Shown here piece by piece: positions 7,989 to 16,793 of a stretch of DNA of 48,449 bases. The stretch spans positions 1 to 48,449 of the forward strand of contig JBDRIG010000010.1 in the NCBI GenBank assembly GCA_043816185.1, read 5' to 3'. The stretch is from Elusimicrobiota bacterium (GTDB lineage Bacteria > Elusimicrobiota > UBA8919). The position numbers and the translations under genes were made by a program. Every line of letters starts with the position of its first letter. Position 1 is the stretch's first letter. The notes beneath the pieces were generated by a model. The model had not been told where the DNA came from. It was given only the letters and a program-made list of their open reading frames with translations, and searched no databases.

Positions 7989-8768
7989 TTATTTGTGATT
8001 CTGGTACGCTGAAAAATATTCTTTAAGACCATCGATAATCGTACTCGAAACTTTTTCTATATATTTTTTATCGTTAAGAAGTTTACTGTCGTCTTTATTC
8101 GAAAGATACCCATATTCTATTAAAATTGATGGTACTTTTGCAAACTCAAACCCCATAAGATGTTGTTTGCGAATGCCATCAACAATAATTCCGGATTTTT
8201 TAATTTTTTGATAAACTGTTTCTGCAATTTTTTTTGAGTCCTCTTTATACCACATCACTAAAACACCACGTTTTTTTTTGTTTGAAGACCAATTGCAATG
8301 AATCCGTAAAAACAAATCCGCTTTTTTTAAATTGGCAAATTCTGCACGAAGTTGATTATCATCATCTTGGCTTTTTGCATAACGCCAATAATTTTTTCTA
8401 CTACGCGTAAAATAAGTAGTTACCCCTTCCTGTAAAAACATTTCTTCAAGAACATCAGATATATCGATGACAACGTCCATTTCTTTTGTTCCACCTGCAC
8501 TTTTGCATCCATAATTAACAATTTCATCTTTTGCCTGCTCGACGTCTGCTTCACAGCCTGCTTCACAGCCTGCTCGGCAGTCTGCTTCACAATTCGTCAG
8601 ACAGCGTGCTAAATGAGACTTTTTGCATCCATGCCCAGGGTCAATTACGATAACTTTTTTCATTAACGATTCAGCGTTAGAAAATGTCAATATGAAAAAA
8701 TAAATTACTAAAAAGATATTTAAAAAGATATATTTTTGATTTTTAATACGCATTGTGACAAACCTCAT
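7989..8768 (-). CDS. N-acetylmuramoyl-L-alanine amidase (Amidase_3 type) with a Cys-rich insertion
   Basis: VIVIDPGHG, RIHCNW and SILIEYGYLSN motifs of AmiA/B/C-type amidases. N-terminal signal/anchor segment. About 40-aa Cys-rich insert directly after GHG. Confidence 0.8.
   Translation of the reverse strand: MRFVTMRIKNQKYIFLNIFLVIYFFILTFSNAESLMKKVIVIDPGHGCKKSHLARCLTNCEADCRAGCEAGCEADVEQAKDEIVNYGCKSAGGTKEMDVVIDISDVLEEMFLQEGVTTYFTRSRKNYWRYAKSQDDDNQLRAEFANLKKADLFLRIHCNWSSNKKKRGVLVMWYKEDSKKIAETVYQKIKKSGIIVDGIRKQHLMGFEFAKVPSILIEYGYLSNKDDSKLLNDKKYIEKVSSTIIDGLKEYFSAYQNHK
8534..8593 (-). repeat. in-frame 12-nt tandem repeat inside the amidase gene
   Basis: Plus-strand units ctgcttcacagc (two perfect copies at 8546-8569) plus three degenerate units. 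They encode C-E/R-A-G/D tetrapeptides (NCEADCRAGCEAGCEAD). Confidence 0.8.
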
Positions 8769-8924
8769 TAGACTATTATATTGTTGGATTTATTATATGA
8801 TATATTACTTAGCAAATCAACCTATTTTTTGCAATTAAAAAATATACTACGAATACTCTATTTCCGACAGACTGGGCTAACCAAAATATCAGAATAGCGT
8901 TTAACTTAAAATTTCAAAAAAACC

Positions 8925-8953
8925 TTGACGAAACGCTAAAAATTCTTTATACT
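8925..8953 (+). promoter_or_regulatory. putative sigma70-type promoter of the pilin-like cluster
   Basis: TTGACG, 17-nt spacer, TATACT. About 100 nt upstream of the 9055 ATG. Confidence 0.4.
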
Positions 8954-9054
8954 CACTGGTGTGAAGGTAGTGCAAAGAATGCTGAGAAAATAAAAAAGGT
9001 CGTTTTCAAAAAAGTTGTCTTTTTTAGTGTTGTGGTGAGGAGGAGGTAATCATT

Positions 9055-11178
9055 ATGCGAAATCTAAACAACCAGAATGGCGTTGTGGGGCTTATAACGA
9101 TAATAGGGTTTTCGATTTTGCTTTTGTATACTGGGTTAGGTTTTAATGTAGTATCTAAAGCATTACATCAAACTGTAACACTGGAAGAAAATTCTCAAAA
9201 AGCACTCTACACAGCCGAATCGGGTTTAGATATAGCAATGACATTACTTGATAAGGAAAAAATTGTAATTGACACAGGTCAGACCTACACATTTACAAGT
9301 ACAGTTACTACGCAAGGATTTTGCGATGTTTCAGTAACTAACCAAAGTTTTCATGATGGCGCAACTTTTTACATAGTTACTTCCACCGGTAGAGTTAAGG
9401 CATTTAATGCAAATGTGTATAGGCATTGTAGTTTAGAATTTTCAGTTTCAACTGAAACTGCTGTAATATATTTTCTTTATAACGGTGGTGGTGACACTAA
9501 CGATATATTTACAATTGATCCATGGAATACAGCAAATGTTCCTGTTACATGGTCTGATGGTGATACAAACGGTACCATTCATTCCAATTGCAATATGGTT
9601 TTGGATCCATATTCAGGCGGTGGTTCACTTAATATAACAGGTAATGTTAGCGCAACAGGAACTGTTACTAAAAACGATGTTACAATTACTGGTTCGATAT
9701 CCACGGGCGTTCCAAGAGCCGCCAGTATTCCCCCGTATACTTTTAGTATGTCTCCAGAGGGTATTCCAGAAAATCCAATGACGTTTCCAGTACCCACTTA
9801 TTCCACTAATCAACTTGATTATAACAATACTGCTTTTTGGGCCGCTAACGGTTATACTCAACAGATACTACCAGGTGGTTCAATGATTAATAGTCAAGTT
9901 TTAAACAAGAAAATAATTTATGTGACAGGAGATGCTAATTTTACCAACAGCCCAACGATTACGGGGCAGGGTGCGATTATTGCCGAAGGAAGGATTATCA
10001 GAAGTTGGAATACTCGATATGTACTCGATTATTTACCTCCAGATGTTCCCAATCGCAATGTTGGGCTACTTACTAATGATATGAGCGGTGATTCTTGGGG
10101 GTGTGGTGCAAATGTTGATATAAATACTGAAGTGTATTCTCGGGGCGGTATTGGTTTTTGGGTCGATGGTGGTTTAATTACTATTAGAGCCGGTGGTACC
10201 ATAAGGGCAAATGGTGCTATTACAATGGGAACTGGTACAAGTGGTGGTAGTTATGATATACAAGGTTCCATATATGCCGGTACTATAAATAATAGTATTC
10301 GTCCACTTGGTAATATAGGCGTTGCGGGAGGTCCACAAAAAATAATTATACGTGATCTTCTTCACCTTGCTATAAATAGGAATTGTTCGATTTTTTCAGA
10401 AATACAGGTAACAAATGGTAATTTTGATCTTTCAATAGATGGTCCTACTGTGGTACTCGCAAACAAGGTTGTAGCAAGAAATGTGAGAATGTGGCGAGGT
10501 ACTTCTGGTGGAATCTTTCAATTAACCAATGTTAATATCAATTGTTATGGTGGCGATTTTTGGTGTGGAACGAGTGGAACTTGGAATCCGAGAGTTGCTA
10601 GCGTCACCGGTCAGATAAGAGCATCAAATGACGTAAATTTCTATTGGTATGGTGATTTAGGACCAGACAGTTCTCAAATAACCGCCGATATCTATGCAGG
10701 AAGAGATATAAAATTCTATTCTGATGCGGTGAGATATAATATTGGTGGAAGACTTTTTGCTACACGTGATATAAATGCTACTGGTTTTGGAACAAGTAAT
10801 CCTAAGAGTTCAAAATTTACGAATGTAGAAATGCGCTGCGGAAGAGATATTAATCTTGGAACGTGGTCATATCCTGTCGTAGGTTTTTCAGGACTCGTTC
10901 AATGTGCTGGTTCTTGCTCGGTCAATAATTTTAGCGGAGCAATGAGTGGTGCTATTATGTGTAATGGCAGGTTTAGTGTTAATAATGATACCGAGAGTGG
11001 AACAGGTACTTTTACGGGTTCTATATTAGCTGGATTGGATTCCAATCCTACTATAGCAGGGGGTATATATTTTAAAAGAATGACATCCTTAACATTTAAT
11101 GTGGCAAGGGCAGAACAATTACAGCAAACACTTTCTACTGCAAGTAGAGTATCCAGATTTGAGTGGCGTGATTGGTGA
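9055..11178 (+). CDS. large PilX-N-domain (minor-pilin-like) protein with repetitive, probably beta-helical, C-terminal region
   Basis: GGAGGAGG RBS. N-terminus NQNGVVGLITIIGFSILLLYTGLG followed by KALYTAESGLDIAM resembles the PilX N-terminal domain. C-terminal half has recurring x-R/N-D-I/V-N/K segments every 21-26 aa (IRASNDVNF, IYAGRDIKF, LFATRDINA, MRCGRDINL). Confidence 0.6.
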   Translation: MRNLNNQNGVVGLITIIGFSILLLYTGLGFNVVSKALHQTVTLEENSQKALYTAESGLDIAMTLLDKEKIVIDTGQTYTFTSTVTTQGFCDVSVTNQSFHDGATFYIVTSTGRVKAFNANVYRHCSLEFSVSTETAVIYFLYNGGGDTNDIFTIDPWNTANVPVTWSDGDTNGTIHSNCNMVLDPYSGGGSLNITGNVSATGTVTKNDVTITGSISTGVPRAASIPPYTFSMSPEGIPENPMTFPVPTYSTNQLDYNNTAFWAANGYTQQILPGGSMINSQVLNKKIIYVTGDANFTNSPTITGQGAIIAEGRIIRSWNTRYVLDYLPPDVPNRNVGLLTNDMSGDSWGCGANVDINTEVYSRGGIGFWVDGGLITIRAGGTIRANGAITMGTGTSGGSYDIQGSIYAGTINNSIRPLGNIGVAGGPQKIIIRDLLHLAINRNCSIFSEIQVTNGNFDLSIDGPTVVLANKVVARNVRMWRGTSGGIFQLTNVNINCYGGDFWCGTSGTWNPRVASVTGQIRASNDVNFYWYGDLGPDSSQITADIYAGRDIKFYSDAVRYNIGGRLFATRDINATGFGTSNPKSSKFTNVEMRCGRDINLGTWSYPVVGFSGLVQCAGSCSVNNFSGAMSGAIMCNGRFSVNNDTESGTGTFTGSILAGLDSNPTIAGGIYFKRMTSLTFNVARAEQLQQTLSTASRVSRFEWRDW

Positions 11179-11287
11179 GTGAAGGTTGCGGTGTGAAGAG
11201 TTTTTCTATAGTGGAGTTCATCGGGCCAGTTTCTCGTTACCAATTTACTATTTTTACAACGATCTGGTAACGAAATCACTTATTTTT

Positions 11288-11746
11288 ATGATAATTTTAT
11301 CTCACAAGAAAATTCGATGTTTCAATAATAAAGGTATAGGCTTAATAGAAATAATGCTGTGCGTTATGATTTTGCCAATCATTGTTGTTGGTTTTTATTT
11401 ACTTTTCTCTGGCAATACAAAACAGATTATTTTTTCTGAAGTAGGAATAAGAGCATTTTCATTAGCACAAGAAAAAATGGAATCAATCAAAAACGATTTT
11501 AAGGTTAGTACTTACAAGTATATTATTCCTGCTAATTATCCACCAGAAAGTAGTAAAACGATTTTTCAACAATCGGGCTTTAGAGCAACAAGAACAGTTA
11601 CTATTATTGGTTGGGATGTTGACACGAACCAGCAGGTAGTGGTAGGAGCTGCAGCCGAGGACTATAGAATAGTAACTGTTACTGTAAGTTATTATGCTGG
11701 TGGTATACCATTCAGAAAAAGGCTTGCCTGTATTTTTTCGTCGTAG
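11288..11746 (+). CDS. prepilin-type N-terminal cleavage/methylation domain protein (pseudopilin)
   Basis: Start trimmed to the ATG at 11288. Leader MIILSHKKIRCFNNKG, then IGLIEIMLCVMILPIIVVGF (Gly at -1, Glu at +5, hydrophobic helix). Confidence 0.65.
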   Translation: MIILSHKKIRCFNNKGIGLIEIMLCVMILPIIVVGFYLLFSGNTKQIIFSEVGIRAFSLAQEKMESIKNDFKVSTYKYIIPANYPPESSKTIFQQSGFRATRTVTIIGWDVDTNQQVVVGAAAEDYRIVTVTVSYYAGGIPFRKRLACIFSS

Positions 11747-11752
11747 GAAAAC

Positions 11753-11798
11753 ACCACTTCGTTAAGCGACTCAGTTACCTGTTAGCTAACAAGTAGTG
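11753..11798. repeat. short hairpin repeat (family C), compact copy
   Basis: caccacttcgttaagcgactca...tgttagctaaca...agtagtg. Arms match the 16669-16744 and 27365-27410 elements in inverted orientation. Confidence 0.6.
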
Positions 11799-11897
11799 CT
11801 AAGAAATACATATCTTATACCCAACTCAAATTGTATAAAAAACCAACTGAGGTTCGTTAAAATGTTTAAAGTGTGGGAGTAAATTGAAAATATTTTT

Positions 11898-12500
11898 ATG
11901 ATAATTTTATCCAATAAGAAGATTCGAAGTGCAGGATTTACATATATAGAATTGTTTATATATTTGATCTTACTTGGTATTATCACATTTGTTATAGTTA
12001 TATTTTTTACTGCTTTAACCAAGGTTTTGGTAGTTGGAAAAGTAAAGCAAGAGGCAACAGAAAAAGCTGGAAGGGCGTTGTATGGAGGAGCGGGACAAGG
12101 AAGCGAGAACAGTTTGGCTAATGAAATAAGGCGAATGCGTTTTATTTCAGCAACCAGCCCAACTGATATAAGTAGTACTGTAATTAATTTTGTTATAGAT
12201 GTAGACACTATAAGTTATATCTATTCTAAAAATCCATATGGCAGCATTAATAAAAATAATATATTGGTTAGAACAATTAATGGTGCCAACGAACAAGAAA
12301 TTTCAGACTGCGTTTCAGATTTCTATTTTGTTTATTATACGTCTATGGGTTGGGTGATATATACCCCTGTAACAGATGTCGATATGATTGCTAAAATAGG
12401 AATTACTCTAAGTATTGATTATAATAAAGACAATGAATCAGATGCTACACTAAAAACTACGATATTACCACGTAACGAGCTCCTTAAGGCTCTACCTTAA
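11898..12500 (+). CDS. prepilin-type N-terminal cleavage/methylation domain protein (pseudopilin)
   Basis: Leader MIILSNKKIRSAG, then FTYIELFIYLILLGIITFVIVIFF (Gly -1, Phe +1, Glu +5). 21 nt around the start codon are identical to the 11288 gene. Confidence 0.7.
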   Translation: MIILSNKKIRSAGFTYIELFIYLILLGIITFVIVIFFTALTKVLVVGKVKQEATEKAGRALYGGAGQGSENSLANEIRRMRFISATSPTDISSTVINFVIDVDTISYIYSKNPYGSINKNNILVRTINGANEQEISDCVSDFYFVYYTSMGWVIYTPVTDVDMIAKIGITLSIDYNKDNESDATLKTTILPRNELLKALP

Positions 12501-12512
12501 AACACCTTCTTA

Positions 12513-12560
12513 TCAAATCCGACCTTCGTCAAATCTGACATTTGTCAAACCTGATCTTGA
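12513..12560 (+). repeat. three tandem 16-bp direct repeats (iteron-like)
   Basis: tcaaatccgaccttcg|tcaaatctgacatttg|tcaaacctgatcttga. The last unit overlaps a -35 hexamer. Confidence 0.7.
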
Positions 12561-12584
12561 CTTTTTCTTCCATAAAAGTAGAAT
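12557..12584 (+). promoter_or_regulatory. near-consensus sigma70-type promoter
   Basis: TTGACT, 16-nt spacer, TAGAAT, facing dnaE about 365 nt downstream. Confidence 0.45.
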
Positions 12585-12761
12585 ATGATCTACTGAAAAA
12601 TCAAATTTTTGAAATTTTTATATGCCTAGTAGAGGCAGTATATCGGTAGAATTGATGTCTATGAATTTCATAATGTCCAATAATCACGTAGTGGTGACAT
12701 ATTGGTAAAAAGAAAAAAATTATCGTAAAATATAACAAATGCCGTTAGGTATGATATATTG

Positions 12762-12799
12762 GTTGTTATCGAAATTGTGAAGTATTACACTGCGGAACA
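12762..12799 (+). mobile_element. remnant of an IS 3' terminus
   Basis: gttgttatcgaaattgtgaagtattacactgcggaaca matches the reverse complement of 47976-48013 at 34 of 38 positions. That segment is the stop codon and 3' flank of the rve-type transposase fragment. Confidence 0.5.
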
Positions 12800-12948
12800 T
12801 CGGATTTCATGCAAAACTACAAGGGTTTTTGGCACTTTTATCAGTTTTCCTTGCAGTTTCGTCGTTGTTTTCTATGTCCTTGTATATCTTTTTTGTCGAT
12901 ATGTCAACAAATTTTTTGTTTTTCGGTAGACCCTAAAATAAATTCGCT

Positions 12949-15900
12949 ATGTCATTAAAAAAACAGTCACGATTTGTTCATCTCCATAATCATACCGAGT
13001 ATTCCTTTTTAGATGGTGCTTGCCGAATTTTAGACGACAAAGGGAATCCAGCTGCATTGCTAAAAACGATGGAAGGGTTCGGGCTTCCTGCATTAGCAAT
13101 CACCGATCACGGTAATATGTGTGGTGCAATTGAGTTTTACAATGGCTGTTTCAAATCTGGAATAAAACCAATTATCGGACTTGAAGCATATTTTGCTGAA
13201 AAATCCCACAAAAACAAAATTCACGGTGAAAAAAATTATCACCTAACACTACTTGTCAAAGACGAAACGGGCTACAAAAATCTTACGAAACTTTCCTCAA
13301 TTTCATACCTCGATGGCTTTTATTACAAACCACGTATCGACAGAGAACTTCTTCAAAAATACTCCGAAGGACTTGTTGTTTTATCCGGCTGTCTGCACGG
13401 TGAAATTGCAACGCTTTTATTGGAAAAAAAGTATGAATCTGCAAAAAAATCAGTCGACTTTTTTAAACAAGTTTTTAAAGATGATTTTTATATTGAACTA
13501 ATGGAAAATGGTATGCCCGAGCAAAAATTGGCAAACGAAAAACTGATTGCACTTGCCAAAGAAATGTCGATTCCAGTTGTTGCAACAAACGATTGCCATT
13601 ATCTCAAAAAAGAAGATGCACAGGCACACGAAATTCTTATTTGTATCGGTACAGCCACCACTCTTGCCGACCCAAAACATTTGAAATTTGCGACAGATGA
13701 ATTTTATTATAAATCGCCAGAGGAAATGATTAATTCATTCAAGGATGTTCCTGATGCAATAAAAAATACACTTGCCATTTCCGAAAAATGCAATCTTATA
13801 TTAGATTTTGACAAACTTTATCTTCCCGATTATAAAGTTCCAGAAAATTTTACTCATGATTTTTATCTGAAAAAACTTTGCAAAGATGGACTTAAAAAAA
13901 GATATAATCTGACTGACGAGTCGTCTGATGACTTACCTCGCTGCGAAACTGGCCATCATATAAATAAGGCAGATAAATTAATCTCTGAAATAGAAAATCG
14001 ACTTGAGCACGAACTAAAAACTATATCTAATGCTGGTTATTCGAGTTATTTTCTTATCGTTTGGGATTTTATTCAGTACGCAAAAAGTAATCATATTCCT
14101 GTTGGTCCTGGAAGGGGAAGTGGGGCTGGCTCAATCGTATCCTATCTTTTGGGTATTACAGAAGTTGACCCTCTCAAATATGGGCTTCTCTTTGAAAGGT
14201 TCTTAAATCCTTCTCGATTAAGTATGCCTGATTTGGATATTGATTTTGCTGACGATGGTCGCGATAAGGTAATAGATTATGTTAGAAATAAATATGGTGC
14301 TAATCGCGTATCCCACATTATTACCTTCGGCTCAATGCTTGCCAGAGGTGTTATGCGGGATGTTGGTCGCGTACTTTCAATTCCGCTCGACGAGGTCAAC
14401 AAACTCACTACTCTTATCCCAAAGCAACTTGGCATTACACTTTCACAATCAATATCAATAGTTCCTGAATTAAAAGTTCTCTATGAAAAGGACGAAAAAA
14501 TCAAAAAACTTATTGATGTGGCTTTGAAACTTGAAGGACTAAAAAGACAACCTGGTGTTCATGCAGCAGGAATAGTTATTGGAAAAGACGAAATTACAAA
14601 TTATGTTCCTTTAGCCGTGGGAAAAGACGGCATTGCAACAACCCAATATGAAGGCAAGTTTTTAGAAAAAATGGGACTTCTCAAAATGGATTTTTTAGGT
14701 TTAAGAACACTCACGGTTATTCGCGACACTGTTGAACTTGTTAAAAGTAGACATAAGATTAAGATTGAAATTAAGAATATTCCGCTCGACGATAAAAAAA
14801 CATTTCAACTATTATCAAATGCCAAAGTTGCTGGTGTTTTTCAGGTTGAAAAATCTGGAATGCGCGATTTACTTAAAAAACTTAAACCGAAAAGTATCTC
14901 TGATATTACCGCTATTATTTCGCTTTACCGTCCAGGGCCAATGGGAAGTGGTATGTTAGATGAATTTATCGACCGCTATCACGGAAAAACAAAATTTAAG
15001 TATGAAAATAGCGTGATGGAAAAAATACTTTCCGAAACATATGGTGTTATCGTCTATCAAGAACAGGTAATGAAAATTGCTACCGGTCTTGCTGGGTTGA
15101 CGCTTTTTGAAGCAGATATATTTCGTTCTGCAATGGGCAAAAAAGACTCGGAAGTTATAGAAAAGTACCGTGAGATTTTCATAGATGGCGCCAAAAAAAA
15201 TGGACTTACTAAAGCAGTTGCTGAAAAAATTTTTAACAATATAAAAAGTTTTGGCGAATATGGTTTTAATAAATCTCACGCAACTGCCTACGGATTTTTA
15301 ACATATAGAACTGCATACTTGAAAGCGAATTATCCATTAGAGTTTTTTACAGCATTATTATCATCTGAAATAGGACATATAAAAATAGGTAAAGAGGATG
15401 AAAACAAGGTTATAGAATATATTGATGATGCCAAAGAGTTTGCAATTGAAATTCTTCCACCTGATATAAACAAATCGTTTTCAAAATTTACAATTGAAGA
15501 TAAAAGTATACGGTTCGGATTAGTTGCTATTAAAAATGTGGGCGATGGTGCGATTGAGTCAATAGCAATAGAGCGTGATAAAAATGGAAAATTTAAATCC
15601 ATAGATAATTTTATAACAAGAATTGATTTCCATTGTGTTAATAAAAAGGTTTTAGAGTCGCTATGTAAGGCTGGTGCACTTGACTCAATACTTCCCAAAA
15701 AAGGGATAATGCCTACTCGTGATACGTTTTGTGAAAATATTGTGCAGATTATTGCTAATGCACCTTCAAACCATCAAAAAAAAGATTCTGCCAATCAATC
15801 ATTATTATTTGATGTATCAATGTTGCAAAAAAGTAGAAAGAATGAATGTTGTTTTTATGAGATTCCAGAAGAAAAACATTGGCATGAGCATCAATTGCTT

Positions 15901-16533
15901 GCTTTTGAAAAAGAGGTTTTGGGATTTTATCTTTCAGGTCATCCTTTGGCGAAATATTCGAACGAAATGAAGATATATGTTGAGAAAGACATTTCACAGA
16001 TAAATCAAACTCCGACGTCTTTTGAGACAGTGCGAGTTGCGGGAATAATCGTCAGCTTAAGGCGTCTAATTTCTAAAAAAAAGGAGCAGTATGCGAGATT
16101 TAAGTTAGAGGACTTAGATGGCGAAATCGATGTGTTGGTTTTTCCTAGACTTTTTGATAGTCTTAATGGGGATATATTGAAAATGGACGAGATGGTTGTT
16201 GTAACTGGAAGATTAAATACCGATAATGAGCCACCAGAGATAATTGCTGATGAAATCGTTACTTTTAATCAGGCGAGAAAAAAACTTGTTCGATTTATTT
16301 CAATCAATATAAGTGAAATAGCACTTGAAAAACAAGTGCTTGAAAAATTGAAAGATTTTTTAAAGTTGCATATTGGTATTGCTAGGGTGGAGTTTGTTGT
16401 AATTGATCATACTGGTAAAAATAGCACGAAAATTCTAACAGATTTTGAGGTTGAACCGAACGATATGGTTATATCTGGAATTGAAAAATTACTTGGCAAA
16501 GGTGTTGTCACTTTTTCTGGAATTGCGAGATAG
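12949..16533 (+). CDS. dnaE: DNA polymerase III alpha subunit
   Basis: 1194 aa. PHP domain FVHLHNHTEYSFLDGA. GPGRGSGAGS, PDLDIDF and HAAG motifs. C-terminal OB region. Confidence 0.95.
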   Translation: MSLKKQSRFVHLHNHTEYSFLDGACRILDDKGNPAALLKTMEGFGLPALAITDHGNMCGAIEFYNGCFKSGIKPIIGLEAYFAEKSHKNKIHGEKNYHLTLLVKDETGYKNLTKLSSISYLDGFYYKPRIDRELLQKYSEGLVVLSGCLHGEIATLLLEKKYESAKKSVDFFKQVFKDDFYIELMENGMPEQKLANEKLIALAKEMSIPVVATNDCHYLKKEDAQAHEILICIGTATTLADPKHLKFATDEFYYKSPEEMINSFKDVPDAIKNTLAISEKCNLILDFDKLYLPDYKVPENFTHDFYLKKLCKDGLKKRYNLTDESSDDLPRCETGHHINKADKLISEIENRLEHELKTISNAGYSSYFLIVWDFIQYAKSNHIPVGPGRGSGAGSIVSYLLGITEVDPLKYGLLFERFLNPSRLSMPDLDIDFADDGRDKVIDYVRNKYGANRVSHIITFGSMLARGVMRDVGRVLSIPLDEVNKLTTLIPKQLGITLSQSISIVPELKVLYEKDEKIKKLIDVALKLEGLKRQPGVHAAGIVIGKDEITNYVPLAVGKDGIATTQYEGKFLEKMGLLKMDFLGLRTLTVIRDTVELVKSRHKIKIEIKNIPLDDKKTFQLLSNAKVAGVFQVEKSGMRDLLKKLKPKSISDITAIISLYRPGPMGSGMLDEFIDRYHGKTKFKYENSVMEKILSETYGVIVYQEQVMKIATGLAGLTLFEADIFRSAMGKKDSEVIEKYREIFIDGAKKNGLTKAVAEKIFNNIKSFGEYGFNKSHATAYGFLTYRTAYLKANYPLEFFTALLSSEIGHIKIGKEDENKVIEYIDDAKEFAIEILPPDINKSFSKFTIEDKSIRFGLVAIKNVGDGAIESIAIERDKNGKFKSIDNFITRIDFHCVNKKVLESLCKAGALDSILPKKGIMPTRDTFCENIVQIIANAPSNHQKKDSANQSLLFDVSMLQKSRKNECCFYEIPEEKHWHEHQLLAFEKEVLGFYLSGHPLAKYSNEMKIYVEKDISQINQTPTSFETVRVAGIIVSLRRLISKKKEQYARFKLEDLDGEIDVLVFPRLFDSLNGDILKMDEMVVVTGRLNTDNEPPEIIADEIVTFNQARKKLVRFISINISEIALEKQVLEKLKDFLKLHIGIARVEFVVIDHTGKNSTKILTDFEVEPNDMVISGIEKLLGKGVVTFSGIAR

Positions 16534-16562
16534 TTTGGATAGTGCAATTGTTGGATTGTTAA

Positions 16563-16606
16563 AACAAGTTCAATATGTTAGTGCAACACCGCTGACGCTG
16601 GATTGA
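16563..16606. repeat. dispersed 44-bp repeat (family B), copy 2
   Basis: 43 of 44 identical to 4450-4493. Confidence 0.85.
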
Positions 16607-16634
16607 TTGACTTCTTCTAAAAAAAAAGTAGAAT
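16607..16634 (+). promoter_or_regulatory. near-consensus sigma70-type promoter
   Basis: TTGACT, 16-nt spacer, TAGAAT. Same hexamers and the same aaagTAGAATA context as 12557-12584. Confidence 0.45.
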
Positions 16635-16668
16635 AGACAACGAAAATGGTTTTGGTGGGAACAATCAT

Positions 16669-16744
16669 CACTACTTCGTTAAACTTGTTATGACCATGAA
16701 CATAAAATAGGTTGTCGGTAAATGAGTCACTTAACGAAGTAGTG
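16669..16744. repeat. hairpin repeat (family C), full copy with 14-bp perfect inverted termini
   Basis: cactacttcgttaa (16669-16682) and ttaacgaagtagtg (16731-16744). The interior aacataaaataggttgtcggtaaatgagtc is shared with 27365-27410. Confidence 0.75.
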
Positions 16745-16793
16745 CTATAATCATTAAAAAGAAGACAAAATCTGTTAAGGAGGAAACAAAAAA

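Noticed and set aside
11186-11287. N-terminal extension of the first pseudopilin ORF
   Set aside because: The extension contains a 9-bp-stem hairpin and no pilin-like sequence. The ATG at 11288 yields a leader nearly identical to that of the paralogue at 11898.
11786-12208. 140-aa minus-strand ORF
   Set aside because: It is antisense to the second pseudopilin gene and spans a repeat element. No supporting motif.
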